Assembly: GCA_002298785.1 (NCBI GenBank)
Contig: DBMR01000059.1
Span: forward strand, 123,094-187,093
From: Verrucomicrobia subdivision 3 bacterium UBA693
Lineage (GTDB): Bacteria; Verrucomicrobiota; Verrucomicrobiia; Limisphaerales; UBA8199
Reading direction: 5' to 3'
DNA length: 64,000 nucleotides
Positions 9,392 through 17,209 of this stretch are shown piece after piece. The notes under the pieces are model-generated. The model was not told the origin of the DNA and made no database searches. It was given only the letters and a program-made list of their open reading frames with translations. The translations under genes were made by a program, and so were the position numbers. Positions within the stretch are counted from its first letter, which is position 1; each line of letters opens with the position of its first letter.

Positions 9392-11011
9392 GTGGACATG
9401 AAAAAGCATTTTCTCCGACTCCTGTTGGTGGCCTGGTGCTCTCTCCCAGCGGTCTTGAGCGCGGCACCCGCGCCATTCGGGATCCAGCCCGCGGTCTCGA
9501 CGAATGTAGTGGGGACCTCGCTGCAACTGCGTCTGGCACAGGCCTCCGTGACCAACTACCCCGCACTGTCCTATCGTTGGTATTACAATGGCATGTTGCT
9601 CACGGATACCGCGAGAATCTACGGAACCACTACTCCCACATTGACGCTGCGCGACACGGTGCTCGAGGATACAGGAGTCTATTCGGCGGATGTGCTGGTG
9701 AGCGGTTTCGTTTTGGTCTCCCCGACCGCGAACGTTTACATCATTGACGTGCCGGCTCTGACCGGGATTCGGCAGCAAACGGCCGGGTCGGGGCTACGCT
9801 TGATCGCCGATGCCACTGGCGGGTTGTTGAGTTACCAGTGGACCTGGCAAGGCCAAAACCTGGCCGGCGCCACCAGCAGCACGCTGTTCTTCGCCAACGC
9901 CTACACTGATGCCAACGCTGGATACTACGGGGTTACCGTCACCAATCCGCTGGGAGTCGCGCAATCCACTCCACCCGGGTTTCTCCTAACCAAACCAGCC
10001 CTTTCCGGCACTTACCAGGGGCTTTTCTATGACACGAACATCTTTGCCGAAGGCTCAAGCGGCAATTTTCAATTTACCGTCTCCGGTTCGAAGCAAACTT
10101 TTAGCGGCAAAATTCGTTCCGGACGAAGCCAGTATTCATTCTCCGGCAAGTTTTCCCTGGACCAAAGCGCCGAGGTACTGGTGCAACGAAAGGGGATGAC
10201 GCCGCTCCAGCTTCAGCTCCAATTGGTGAGCACCAACGACAACATGCGCTGCTTTGGAAATCTGACGGATGGCAACTGGAATGCCAGTTGGATGGGGCGG
10301 ATGAATTATTACAGTTCCCAGAACCCAACGAGTTTGGCCGGGAGATATACCGTGGCATTTCAGAACACCAATACCAGTCCTGCCGTTCCTAACGGCAACG
10401 GCTATGGCACGATTGTGGTGAACTCCAGCGGCCGGGTCACTTTCTCCGGACGCACCGCCGAGGGCACCGCCATCTCACAGAGTTGTAACCTCGCCAAATT
10501 TGGGGATTGGCCTTTGTGGACGAGCGTGACTGAAGGCCGGCAGGAGTTGATGGGGTGGGTGCAGTTGAATCGCCAGGCCAATCCGAACGTTCGCTCTGAC
10601 AGCCTCTGGTGGTCAAAAATTCCCGGCGCCGATGCTCGCTATGCCCAGGGATACTTTCTGCTGTTGACTGGGGTTGGTTCCTTCTGGGCTCCGCCGGCAA
10701 ACGGTCCCGTAATCGGTTTCACTTCGGGCACCTCCAGCTTTTTCGGCGGTGAATTGGTCACAAACGGGATTCCTTTTTGGGATTCATTACGGGTCTCGGG
10801 GAACAAGGGGGTATCGTTTTCAGTGCCCAACTCACCGGAACAGGTAACGCTGTCGATCAGCCGCAATACGGGCGTCGTGTCGGGCAGTTTCAGAAACCCG
10901 TTGACGCGCGAAAAGCTTAAGATCCAGGGAGTGGCCTTGCCCCAACAAACCGCAGCGCGCGGATATTATCTGGGCCAGAAGGCTTCTGGTTATTTCAGCC
11001 TGACGCCTTGA
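9392..11011 (+). CDS. secreted Ig-like (immunoglobulin I-set-like) repeat protein, hypothetical
   Basis: Signal peptide MKKHFLRLLLVAWCSLPAVLSAAPA. Two Ig-like repeats are recognisable (..LSYRWYYNGMLLTD..DTGVYSADV and ..LSYQWTWQGQNLAG..AGYYGVTVTN). The C-terminal half is of unknown function. Confidence 0.6.
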   Translation: MDMKKHFLRLLLVAWCSLPAVLSAAPAPFGIQPAVSTNVVGTSLQLRLAQASVTNYPALSYRWYYNGMLLTDTARIYGTTTPTLTLRDTVLEDTGVYSADVLVSGFVLVSPTANVYIIDVPALTGIRQQTAGSGLRLIADATGGLLSYQWTWQGQNLAGATSSTLFFANAYTDANAGYYGVTVTNPLGVAQSTPPGFLLTKPALSGTYQGLFYDTNIFAEGSSGNFQFTVSGSKQTFSGKIRSGRSQYSFSGKFSLDQSAEVLVQRKGMTPLQLQLQLVSTNDNMRCFGNLTDGNWNASWMGRMNYYSSQNPTSLAGRYTVAFQNTNTSPAVPNGNGYGTIVVNSSGRVTFSGRTAEGTAISQSCNLAKFGDWPLWTSVTEGRQELMGWVQLNRQANPNVRSDSLWWSKIPGADARYAQGYFLLLTGVGSFWAPPANGPVIGFTSGTSSFFGGELVTNGIPFWDSLRVSGNKGVSFSVPNSPEQVTLSISRNTGVVSGSFRNPLTREKLKIQGVALPQQTAARGYYLGQKASGYFSLTP

Positions 11012-11055
11012 TCAAGTTTTGGGGAAACCGCTCAAATTCTGAAGTTGGTTTGGAA

Positions 11056-11131
11056 TGGTGGAGCCTAGGGGATTCGAACCCCTGACCTTCTCATTGCGAA
11101 CGAGACGCTCTACCAACTGAGCTAAGACCCC
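11056..11131 (-). tRNA. tRNA-Ala (anticodon CGC)
   Basis: The reverse complement gives GGGGTCTTAGCTCAGTTGGTAGAGCGTCTCGTTCGCAATGAGAAGGTCAGGGGTTCGAATCCCCTAGGCTCCACCA. It folds as a cloverleaf with the G3:U70 Ala identity pair, anticodon loop TTCGCAA, a GTTCGAATC T-loop and an encoded CCA. Confidence 0.9.
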
Positions 11132-11382
11132 ATTCCAGTCCATTAGGACAGGAATATTGATGCCACAAACCCAGGTTCAGCGCAACAAAGATCGCAGAGT
11201 TTGAACCAAGGCGTCTGCTGAACTGCAGAGCAAGAACGCCAAGGCTGTTCAAGTTGACTGCGGTCTTGCCAGGCGACCTTGAATGCTGGGTAATGTTCCC
11301 GAGGTTTAGCCTTCCCTTTCCGTGCAGTTGAGAAATTCCAAAAATGAGAGATGTTGGTTGACCACCCTTACAACCAGTTGCC

Positions 11383-12432
11383 ATGAAAAACGAAACCCAT
11401 CGAAATCGTGCTTGCGGCAATGTGAGCCGCCATGAACTTGCTCTTACTCGCCGGAGCTTCATTAAGATATCCGCCGCCGCCAGTGTGGCGTACGGCATCG
11501 GGATGCCTCCCTCCCAGGCCGTGGTCAAGGAGGGGGACATGATTTTTCGCTCTCTCGGCAGCACCGGCGAAAAGGTGTCCGCGATTGGGTTGGGGGGATA
11601 TCACGCGGGCAACCCACCCGAGGATGAAGCGATTCGGTTGATTCGATCCGCGATCGACCAGGGGATCAACTTCATGGATAACTGCTGGGATTATCATAAT
11701 GGAGGGAGCGAGGTTCGCATGGGGAAAGCCCTGCGCGACGGTTACCGGGACCGGGTGTTCCTGATGTCCAAAATCGATGGGCATACCAAGGCCGCCGCCG
11801 CCCTGCAAATCGATGAATCGTTGAAGCGATTGCAGACTGACCACGTGGACCTCATGCAGTTTCACGAGGTCATCCGACCTGAGGATCCCGCGAAGATTTT
11901 TGCCGACGGTGGAAGCATGGAAGCAATGTTGGCGGCGAAGCAGGCGGGGAAGGTGAGATTCATCGGATTTACCGGGCACAAGGACCCGGCGATCCATCTT
12001 CGCATGCTCGAAGCGGCGCGTGAGCATAAGTTCCGCTTCGAAGCCGTGCAGATGCCGCTAAACGTGATGGACGCGCATTTCAAGAGTTTCGAGAAGAATG
12101 TCCTTCCGGTGTTGACGCGCGAAAAAATCGGTGTCCTGGGTATGAAACCTATGGGCAGTGGACGAATCCTGAAGAGCAACACTGCTACGCCGCTTGAGTG
12201 CCTCCGTTACGCTTTGAGTTTACCGGCATCGGTGGTAATTACCGGGATGGAGAGCCAGCGGGATTTGAACCAGGCGCTGGAAGCGGTACGGGGATTTCAG
12301 CCCTTCCAGCCCCAGGAGTTGGCAGCGCTGCTGGATAAGACTCGTGAAGCAGCCTTAAAGGGCGAGTTCGAACAGTTCAAGACCACGACCCAATATGATG
12401 GCACCCTCCACAACCCGAAGTGGCTGGGTTAA
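11383..12432 (+). CDS. aldo/keto reductase family oxidoreductase with TAT signal
   Basis: The N-terminus TRRSFIKISAAASVAYG is a TAT motif. AKR motifs follow: ..LGLGGYHAG.., ..GINFMDNCWDYHNGGSE.. and ..VDLMQFHEV... Confidence 0.8.
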   Translation: MKNETHRNRACGNVSRHELALTRRSFIKISAAASVAYGIGMPPSQAVVKEGDMIFRSLGSTGEKVSAIGLGGYHAGNPPEDEAIRLIRSAIDQGINFMDNCWDYHNGGSEVRMGKALRDGYRDRVFLMSKIDGHTKAAAALQIDESLKRLQTDHVDLMQFHEVIRPEDPAKIFADGGSMEAMLAAKQAGKVRFIGFTGHKDPAIHLRMLEAAREHKFRFEAVQMPLNVMDAHFKSFEKNVLPVLTREKIGVLGMKPMGSGRILKSNTATPLECLRYALSLPASVVITGMESQRDLNQALEAVRGFQPFQPQELAALLDKTREAALKGEFEQFKTTTQYDGTLHNPKWLG

Positions 12433-14252
12433 GGTGGCGGCCTGAGGGAGGCAAGAGGTTGCGACTTGGCCAGGCGCAGTTCCGATTGTTGCCGCACGAG
12501 TTCCATGCGCTCGGCTTCCGAGGATTGCGGGTGATTGAGGAGGGTTCGCATCCGGGCAATTTCCAAGTCCAGGTGCTGATTGCGGAAACGTGTCGCCAGA
12601 TCCAGTAGTTGACGTTCAACGTTGGGAACCGGGCGCTCCTCAGCGGCCACCGAGGCCAGCAGCAGTTGCTGCTCCTGGCTGAGCTGATTTAGGAAAGCGG
12701 CAAGGCTAGACCACGAGCCGTTTTGCTGAGCCTGAAATCTTGCCGCCAGGATGGTGCGCACGTCTTGATGCCGCACCCACTGGAGATCAAGGTTGCTCGT
12801 CACCCAATCCGGCAATAGCTCCAACAGGAAGACCAGTTTCAAGAGCCAGCGCTCCGGCTCGGTTGGTGGCGTAGTTTCGATGACGTTGGTGGTATCCTGG
12901 GCCGGCGTTTCCTCTCGGCGTGGGCTGTCACCGCGAGCCCCTCGCGCGAACTCGGCACGCACCGCTTCCGCGGCGACCCCGAGTCGCATAGCGACCTTTT
13001 GAGCATGAGTGTCGACCAACACCGCACTTCCAGTCTGGTGCAAGGCTTCGGACATTTCCCGTATCACCGCCAATCGCCCTTTGTCAGTGGTGATGTCGTT
13101 TAGCGTACAGAGGCGCTGCAGGAGGAAATCGAAAAAGCCCTGGGCGCTGTCGATGACCTGCCGAAATGCGTCCGCACCCGCGGCTTTGATGAGACTGTCC
13201 GGATCGTGCGGCTCCGGGACGGTGGCGACTTTGATGGCAAGTCCGGCGGCCAGCAGGCTGTCCAGGGCACGGACCGTCGCGTTTTGTCCGGCGTTATCAG
13301 AATCAAAACAAAGCACGACCTCGTCCGCGTATCGTTTGATGATGCGCGCGTGGTCCTGAGTGAAAGCAGTTCCCTGCGGGGCAACGATGTTTTGGACTCC
13401 GGCCATGAAACACGCGATCAAATCGAGTTGTCCCTCGCAAATGATCGCGCTGCCGGCGTCGAGGATCGCACGTTTGGTCTTGTCGAGTCCGAAGAACACC
13501 TTGCTCTTGGTAAAGATCGGTGTTTCGGGAGAGTTGACATACTTGGCAGATTTTTCATCACCAGTCAGGATCCGGCCGCTAAAGCCGATGACCCGGCCTT
13601 GTTCGTCGCAGATGGGAAACATCAGACGGCCGCGAAAACGGTCATAGTGGCCACCGCCTTCCCGCGCCAGAATGAGGCCGGCTTTCTCAACCAAGGCTGC
13701 CTCGTGTCCTTTGGCGCGAGCCCAGTTGACCGTGTCGTCCCAAAGATCCGGCGCATAGCCGATTCGAAACAGCGCCACTGCTTCGCTGGAAACCCCGCGT
13801 CGACGCAAATATTCACGGGCGATTTCTCCGGCGGCTTCGTTTTGCAGGGCACTTTGCCACCGCGCCGTGATCTGCTCGTGCAGTTGCAGCAGCCGATCCT
13901 TGAGGTCGCGAGTCTCGCGATCGGGTCCGCCTTGCTCGTACTCCAACGGAATGCGTGCCCGATCGGCCAGGCGCTTCACCGCGTCGGGGAAATCCACGGC
14001 TTCAAAATTCCGAACAAAAGCAAAAACATCACCCCCTTTGTGGCAGCCGAAACAGTAAAAAATCTGCTTCTGAGGATTGACGTTGAAGCTCGGTGTCTTC
14101 TCCTTGTGAAAAGGGCAGAGCGCGACGAAATTATTGCCGGCACGCTTTAACGGAACATAGCCGCCAATGACATCAACAATGTCACTGGCGCTGCGCACCC
14201 TTTCGATGGTGCTCTGTGAAAAAAAGCCGGCCACGAGCGCACTGTACCGCAA
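12429..14252 (-). CDS. dnaG: DNA primase DnaG
   Basis: CHC2 zinc finger (CPFHKEKTPSFNVNPQKQIFYCFGCHKGGDVFAFV). A TOPRIM region follows (ICEGQLDLIA..VLCFDSDNAG). Confidence 0.9.
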   Translation of the reverse strand: MRYSALVAGFFSQSTIERVRSASDIVDVIGGYVPLKRAGNNFVALCPFHKEKTPSFNVNPQKQIFYCFGCHKGGDVFAFVRNFEAVDFPDAVKRLADRARIPLEYEQGGPDRETRDLKDRLLQLHEQITARWQSALQNEAAGEIAREYLRRRGVSSEAVALFRIGYAPDLWDDTVNWARAKGHEAALVEKAGLILAREGGGHYDRFRGRLMFPICDEQGRVIGFSGRILTGDEKSAKYVNSPETPIFTKSKVFFGLDKTKRAILDAGSAIICEGQLDLIACFMAGVQNIVAPQGTAFTQDHARIIKRYADEVVLCFDSDNAGQNATVRALDSLLAAGLAIKVATVPEPHDPDSLIKAAGADAFRQVIDSAQGFFDFLLQRLCTLNDITTDKGRLAVIREMSEALHQTGSAVLVDTHAQKVAMRLGVAAEAVRAEFARGARGDSPRREETPAQDTTNVIETTPPTEPERWLLKLVFLLELLPDWVTSNLDLQWVRHQDVRTILAARFQAQQNGSWSSLAAFLNQLSQEQQLLLASVAAEERPVPNVERQLLDLATRFRNQHLDLEIARMRTLLNHPQSSEAERMELVRQQSELRLAKSQPLASLRPPP

Positions 14253-14290
14253 ACCCGTGGCCGGTCAAAACCTATCCGGACGGCGATGCG

Positions 14291-15706
14291 TTAGCTCAGG
14301 AGCTTTGGCCGCTCATTGAGCGTTTTCCAGACGAATTCGCCAAAAATGGTGTTCGCCCAGGCAAACCATGAACGCGTGAATTTCTTCGGATCGTCCTTGT
14401 GGAACGCTTCGTGGATAAAGCCGGTGCCCGCATGTGTGCGGCGCAATGTATCCAGGCAGCCGTGAATTTCCGCGTCGCTGGTGGCGGTCAAACCCTGAAT
14501 GATCACACCCAGTGGCCAGACCATGTCGATGCCCACGTGGGGGCCTCCCAGGCCTTGAGCGGCCTTCCCGATGCAGTAATACGGGTTTTGCGCGGACAAC
14601 AACATGCGGCGCGTGTTTTGGTAGAGCTTGTCGTTCACTTTGCTGGCGCCCAGGTAAGGGAGCGAAAGCAGGCTCGGGATATTCCCGTCGTCGGTACAAT
14701 AGTAGTTACCGAAACCATCCACTTCGTAGGCGTAAACCCGTCCGGCTTTGGGGTGGTTGACGATGGCATACTCGTGCAGTGCGTGTTCGACTTCGTCGGC
14801 CACCGCGCGGCATTGCTGAGCAAGGTCGCGATCGTTCCGAATCTGTTCCACCATCTCCGCCGCCTGGCGCAGACTGACCACCGCAAAGAAGTTCGACGAT
14901 ACCAGGAAGGGGAAGATCGTGGCGTCATCGCTCGGACGGAAGATCGAGTAAATCAACCCCACGGGCTTGGCCGGGTTGCCGTAGCCGCGGCCGGGAACGG
15001 TGTCCGTCTGATACTCCGTGCGACGCATGAAGTGATACGGGCCTTTGTCATTTTTGCGTTGCTGCTCCCTAAGCGTTTGCAGGGTGAGTTTGATGGCCTC
15101 ATGCCAGGCCGCGTCGAAGGGTGCGGTGTCTCGGGAAAGCCGCCAGTATTCATGAGCCAGGCGAATTGGGTAGCAGAGCGAATCGATTTCCCATTTGCGT
15201 TCATGAATGCCGGGTTTCATGTCCGTCATGTCGTTCTTCCATTCGCCCACTTTGGTGTCGTCCTTGTAGAACGCGTTGGCATAAGGGTCTTTGAGGATGC
15301 AACGGGTTTGGCGATTGATTACCCCGGCGATCAATTGCTGCAACGGTGCGTCCTCTTTCATAAGGGCTAGGTAAGGCCAAACCTGGGCGGAACTGTCGCG
15401 GAGCCACATGGCGTCGATGTCGCCAGTGATCACATATGTGTCCGGGCGTCCGGCGACTACGGAGAAGTCCACAGTGGTATCGAGGGTGTTCGGGAAGCAG
15501 TTTTCGAACATCCACGCGAGCTCTTTGTTGCCAACCGCACTGTGCACGCGAGCGATGGCGCGCTCGACGGCAGCACTCTTGAATTTACGCTTGCTTTCCG
15601 GGATGCGGACGGTCGGGAATTCGGAGCCCGCCGCAAAGCCCCTCGGCGTGACCGCCAGCAGGGAGGCTGCCAGGGTCGTGTTACGGATGAATTGTCTTCG
15701 GTTCAT
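14291..15706 (-). CDS. glycoside hydrolase family 125 (exo-alpha-1,6-mannosidase-like) with TAT signal
   Basis: The N-terminus RRQFIRNTTLAASLLAV is a TAT motif. ..YVITGDIDAMWLRDSSAQVWPY.. is the conserved GH125/DUF1237 block. The ~470-aa size fits. Confidence 0.7.
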   Translation of the reverse strand: MNRRQFIRNTTLAASLLAVTPRGFAAGSEFPTVRIPESKRKFKSAAVERAIARVHSAVGNKELAWMFENCFPNTLDTTVDFSVVAGRPDTYVITGDIDAMWLRDSSAQVWPYLALMKEDAPLQQLIAGVINRQTRCILKDPYANAFYKDDTKVGEWKNDMTDMKPGIHERKWEIDSLCYPIRLAHEYWRLSRDTAPFDAAWHEAIKLTLQTLREQQRKNDKGPYHFMRRTEYQTDTVPGRGYGNPAKPVGLIYSIFRPSDDATIFPFLVSSNFFAVVSLRQAAEMVEQIRNDRDLAQQCRAVADEVEHALHEYAIVNHPKAGRVYAYEVDGFGNYYCTDDGNIPSLLSLPYLGASKVNDKLYQNTRRMLLSAQNPYYCIGKAAQGLGGPHVGIDMVWPLGVIIQGLTATSDAEIHGCLDTLRRTHAGTGFIHEAFHKDDPKKFTRSWFAWANTIFGEFVWKTLNERPKLLS

Positions 15707-15711
15707 AAATC

Positions 15712-17142
15712 TTACTTGGAGGTTGCCGTTTGATCAAGGTGGCGGCCAGCGCGGTAACCATAAAGGCCGTAAAACGCGATATAGGCAAAGGCGAGCATCG
15801 GCACGACGAAGGAGGTCTGGATGTCGAATTTATCAGCCACCCAGCCCTGGGCCGGCGGCAGAATAGCGCCACCGAGGATCGCCATGACCAACAAAGACGA
15901 CGCCTGGCTCTTGAGCGGTCCCAATCCTTCAATGGCCAGGGAGAAGATGTTGGACCACATCACCGAGCAAAACAGACCCACTCCCAACACCGACCATTTG
16001 GCGATCTCACCGGAGGTAAAGATGCCGGTCAGCAGCAAGGCGATGATTACGCCGCTAAACAGCGCCAGCATGCGATGCGCGCTGGCCTCGCCCAGAAAGA
16101 ACGCCACGAGCAGCACCGCCAGCGGCAGGCCGTAATGCAGCGCGTTGCTCAAACCGCCGGTCGCACAGATCGTCACGAAGGCGACAATCGGAACCAGGAC
16201 CACCAACGTGTGCTTGGTGGAACTCTTCATTTCGCTCAACGCGAAGGCTCCCATAAACCGGCCAATCATCAGGCCGCCCCAGTAATAGGCCAGGTAGCCG
16301 GCCGCGGCTTCATGCGCCAAACCGCCCAATTTCTTGGTGCCGAGAAAATTGATGATCGCGCTGCCGACAGCGACCTCGCCACCGACATACATGAAGATGG
16401 CCAGCATGCCCAGCGCGGTGTGCGGATGTTTCAAGGCACCCAGTCCGCGGGTCAATTGCTCCGTGTTAGTGAATGCCGGCAAGTGAGCGAACATGAAAAA
16501 CACCGCAAGCAACACGAACACCGCGGCAAAGCACAGGTAAGGAATCTTTACGGACTCCGCGCCGTGAGCCGTCTTGCTGGTGAAGAAGGTGAAGATCAGC
16601 CAGCCACCGATGATCGGACCGATGGTGGTGCCGAACGAATTGAAGGCTTGGGACAGGTTGAGGCGGCTTGATGCCGTGCGCTCGGGGCCGAGGATGGTCA
16701 CGTATGGATTGGCGGCAATTTGCAGCATGGCAAAACCCAGGCCGACGACGAAGAGTGCCACGAGGAAGAACGGATATGAATTCATCACTGCCGCCGGATA
16801 GAACAACGCGCTGCCGAAAGCGGCAATAAAGAGACCAAGAATCACGCCATTCTTGTAGCCGATGCGATTGATGGGGTCGCCCGAAACCAGGGAGACAACG
16901 TAATAGATCAAGGAGCCGACGCCATAGGCGCCGAAAAAGGCGAACTGTACCAGCATGGCCTGGAAATAGCTGAGCGTGAATGCCTCTTTGAAGCGCGGGA
17001 TCAGGACGTCGTTCCATACCGTCATGAATCCCCACATAAAGAAGAGGATGGTCATGATCGCGAACGGACCGCGATACGTCTGGCCGTTCGTGGCGGTGGA
17101 AGAGGATGCTTGCGGGGTTGCGGAACTGCTAATGCTTGCCAT
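15712..17142 (-). CDS. MFS sugar permease of the L-fucose:H+ symporter (FucP)/glucose-galactose transporter family
   Basis: ..ILFFMWGFMTVWNDVLIPRFKEAF..QAMLVQFAFFGAYGVGSL.. is the FucP-family N-terminal signature. There are ~12 TM helices. Confidence 0.8.
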   Translation of the reverse strand: MASISSSATPQASSSTATNGQTYRGPFAIMTILFFMWGFMTVWNDVLIPRFKEAFTLSYFQAMLVQFAFFGAYGVGSLIYYVVSLVSGDPINRIGYKNGVILGLFIAAFGSALFYPAAVMNSYPFFLVALFVVGLGFAMLQIAANPYVTILGPERTASSRLNLSQAFNSFGTTIGPIIGGWLIFTFFTSKTAHGAESVKIPYLCFAAVFVLLAVFFMFAHLPAFTNTEQLTRGLGALKHPHTALGMLAIFMYVGGEVAVGSAIINFLGTKKLGGLAHEAAAGYLAYYWGGLMIGRFMGAFALSEMKSSTKHTLVVLVPIVAFVTICATGGLSNALHYGLPLAVLLVAFFLGEASAHRMLALFSGVIIALLLTGIFTSGEIAKWSVLGVGLFCSVMWSNIFSLAIEGLGPLKSQASSLLVMAILGGAILPPAQGWVADKFDIQTSFVVPMLAFAYIAFYGLYGYRAGRHLDQTATSK

Positions 17143-17209
17143 AGGGGTTGATTTGATACGGGTTGCTGAAATGCGAATTAGGTGCTGGCTGGTGACGAAT
17201 TCGGTGCCT

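Noticed and set aside
13206-14150. 314-aa plus-strand ORF, among many long antisense ORFs. Others: 1743-2471, 5879-6652, 6931-7959, 8054-8986, 14399-15370, 15730-16671, 18440-19312, 31376-32821, 47975-48886, 50762-51379, 55814-56938, 59015-60277, 61018-61878.
   Set aside because: All lie fully inside, and antisense to, genes with clear conserved-domain products (dnaG, GH125, FucP, GH92, M28, GH43, flotillin, the giants, hom). Their translations are Arg/Gly/His/Pro-rich low-complexity strings with no motifs. Such ORFs are expected on the opposite strand of coding DNA at ~60% GC.
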